Shown here: positions 63,340 through 64,000 of the stretch, piece by piece
Numbering within the stretch: the stretch's first letter is position 1
Layout: every line of letters begins with the position of its first letter
Source of the DNA: Dicyema japonicum
Lineage: Eukaryota > Animalia > Dicyemida
NCBI GenBank assembly: GCA_011109175.1
Contig: RDEW01000009.1
Coordinates: 1,554,315-1,618,314 of the forward strand
Direction of reading: 5' to 3'
DNA: 64,000 nucleotides
Notes under the pieces: model-generated
Told to the model about the DNA's origin: nothing
The model's database searches: none
What the model saw: only the letters and a program-made list of their open reading frames with translations
Program-made: the position numbers and the translations under genes

Positions 63340-64000
63340 GTCTACTTTGAAATTGCACTAAGAGAGTTCAGGACCCTGGTTGGAAACAGTAAATCCTGAC
63401 AAAACGGTTTTTACAACGCGGAGATCGGACGAGTCATGGAGAAGACAAAAGAAGGTGGTCTCGCTTTTAGAAGACTCTGAAGATGTTACTCGTAAAAAGA
63501 TCCTTGCTATGAGTGACTGAAAAAAATATCGTCAATATGGGGCCACAAGAAGAGGATAGGATTAAATACCAGGCTTAGAATATACAAAGCTTTTGTCATC
63601 CCGGTACTAACCTACAACTCTGAGACTTGGGGAACAGGAATCTTGACTCTTTTCACAGAGCTCAGTTCAAATCGGTAATCAAGATTAACTGACCTATGAA
63701 GATCTCTAATGCAAACTTTATAATAAGCGCAAATCCTATGTTCTGTCAAATGATGTTTTCAAATCAAGATGGAGCCTCTTTGGCTACGTGTTATGTCTAA
63801 ATGACCAGATTCCCGCAAATTTCGCAATGAATAACTACTTTGCACACACAGGAACCGATTCCGTGGAAGACCAAGAACGACACTTCCGACTATCTTGAAT
63901 GAAGACCTGTCGGTGGTTGGTATGAGACTAACTTCATCGGACGACCTGGACGACCTATGAAAACTAGAGCGCAACAGAAGATCATGGCCGGGGCTGAAAA
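63340..64000 (+). mobile_element. RTE LINE 3' fragment running off the window
   Basis: IPVLTYNSETWG-like and RWSLFGYV...RGRPRTTLP segments. Confidence 0.7.

Overview
AT-rich eukaryotic genomic DNA read in the standard code. The MRPL43, SMARCA2/4, TTLL3/8, IQCG/DRC9, FSIP1-like and FAM149-like sequences look metazoan. Nearly every intron I could place is only about 20-30 nt with little donor consensus beyond GT. Such introns are reported for dicyemid mesozoans, but that taxonomic assignment is my inference. Genes: FAM149-like, FNTA, NTHL1, a half-decayed IQCG/DRC9, MRPL43, TTLL3/8 (one frameshift), MCM3, GPAT3/4, a DHX33-like helicase, SMARCA2/4, DDX47, FSIP1-like, a few orphan gene-like segments, tRNA-Ser(TGA) and tRNA-Arg(CCT). 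They sit between blocks of nested mobile-element debris: APE-type LINEs (I-group-like and RTE), CRE-like RLE fragments, pogo/Tigger and Tc1-like DNA transposons, and several SINE-like families. The most interesting non-coding signal is a covarying 3'-terminal stem-loop (GG[R]AT[A]CAC...GTG[T]ATYY plus a (TAAA)n/(TAA)n tail). It is shared by one LINE family and at least two modular SINE-like families, in about 17 copies. All gene names come from recalled family motifs, not database searches. Gene ends and TE-fragment boundaries are approximate where stated.
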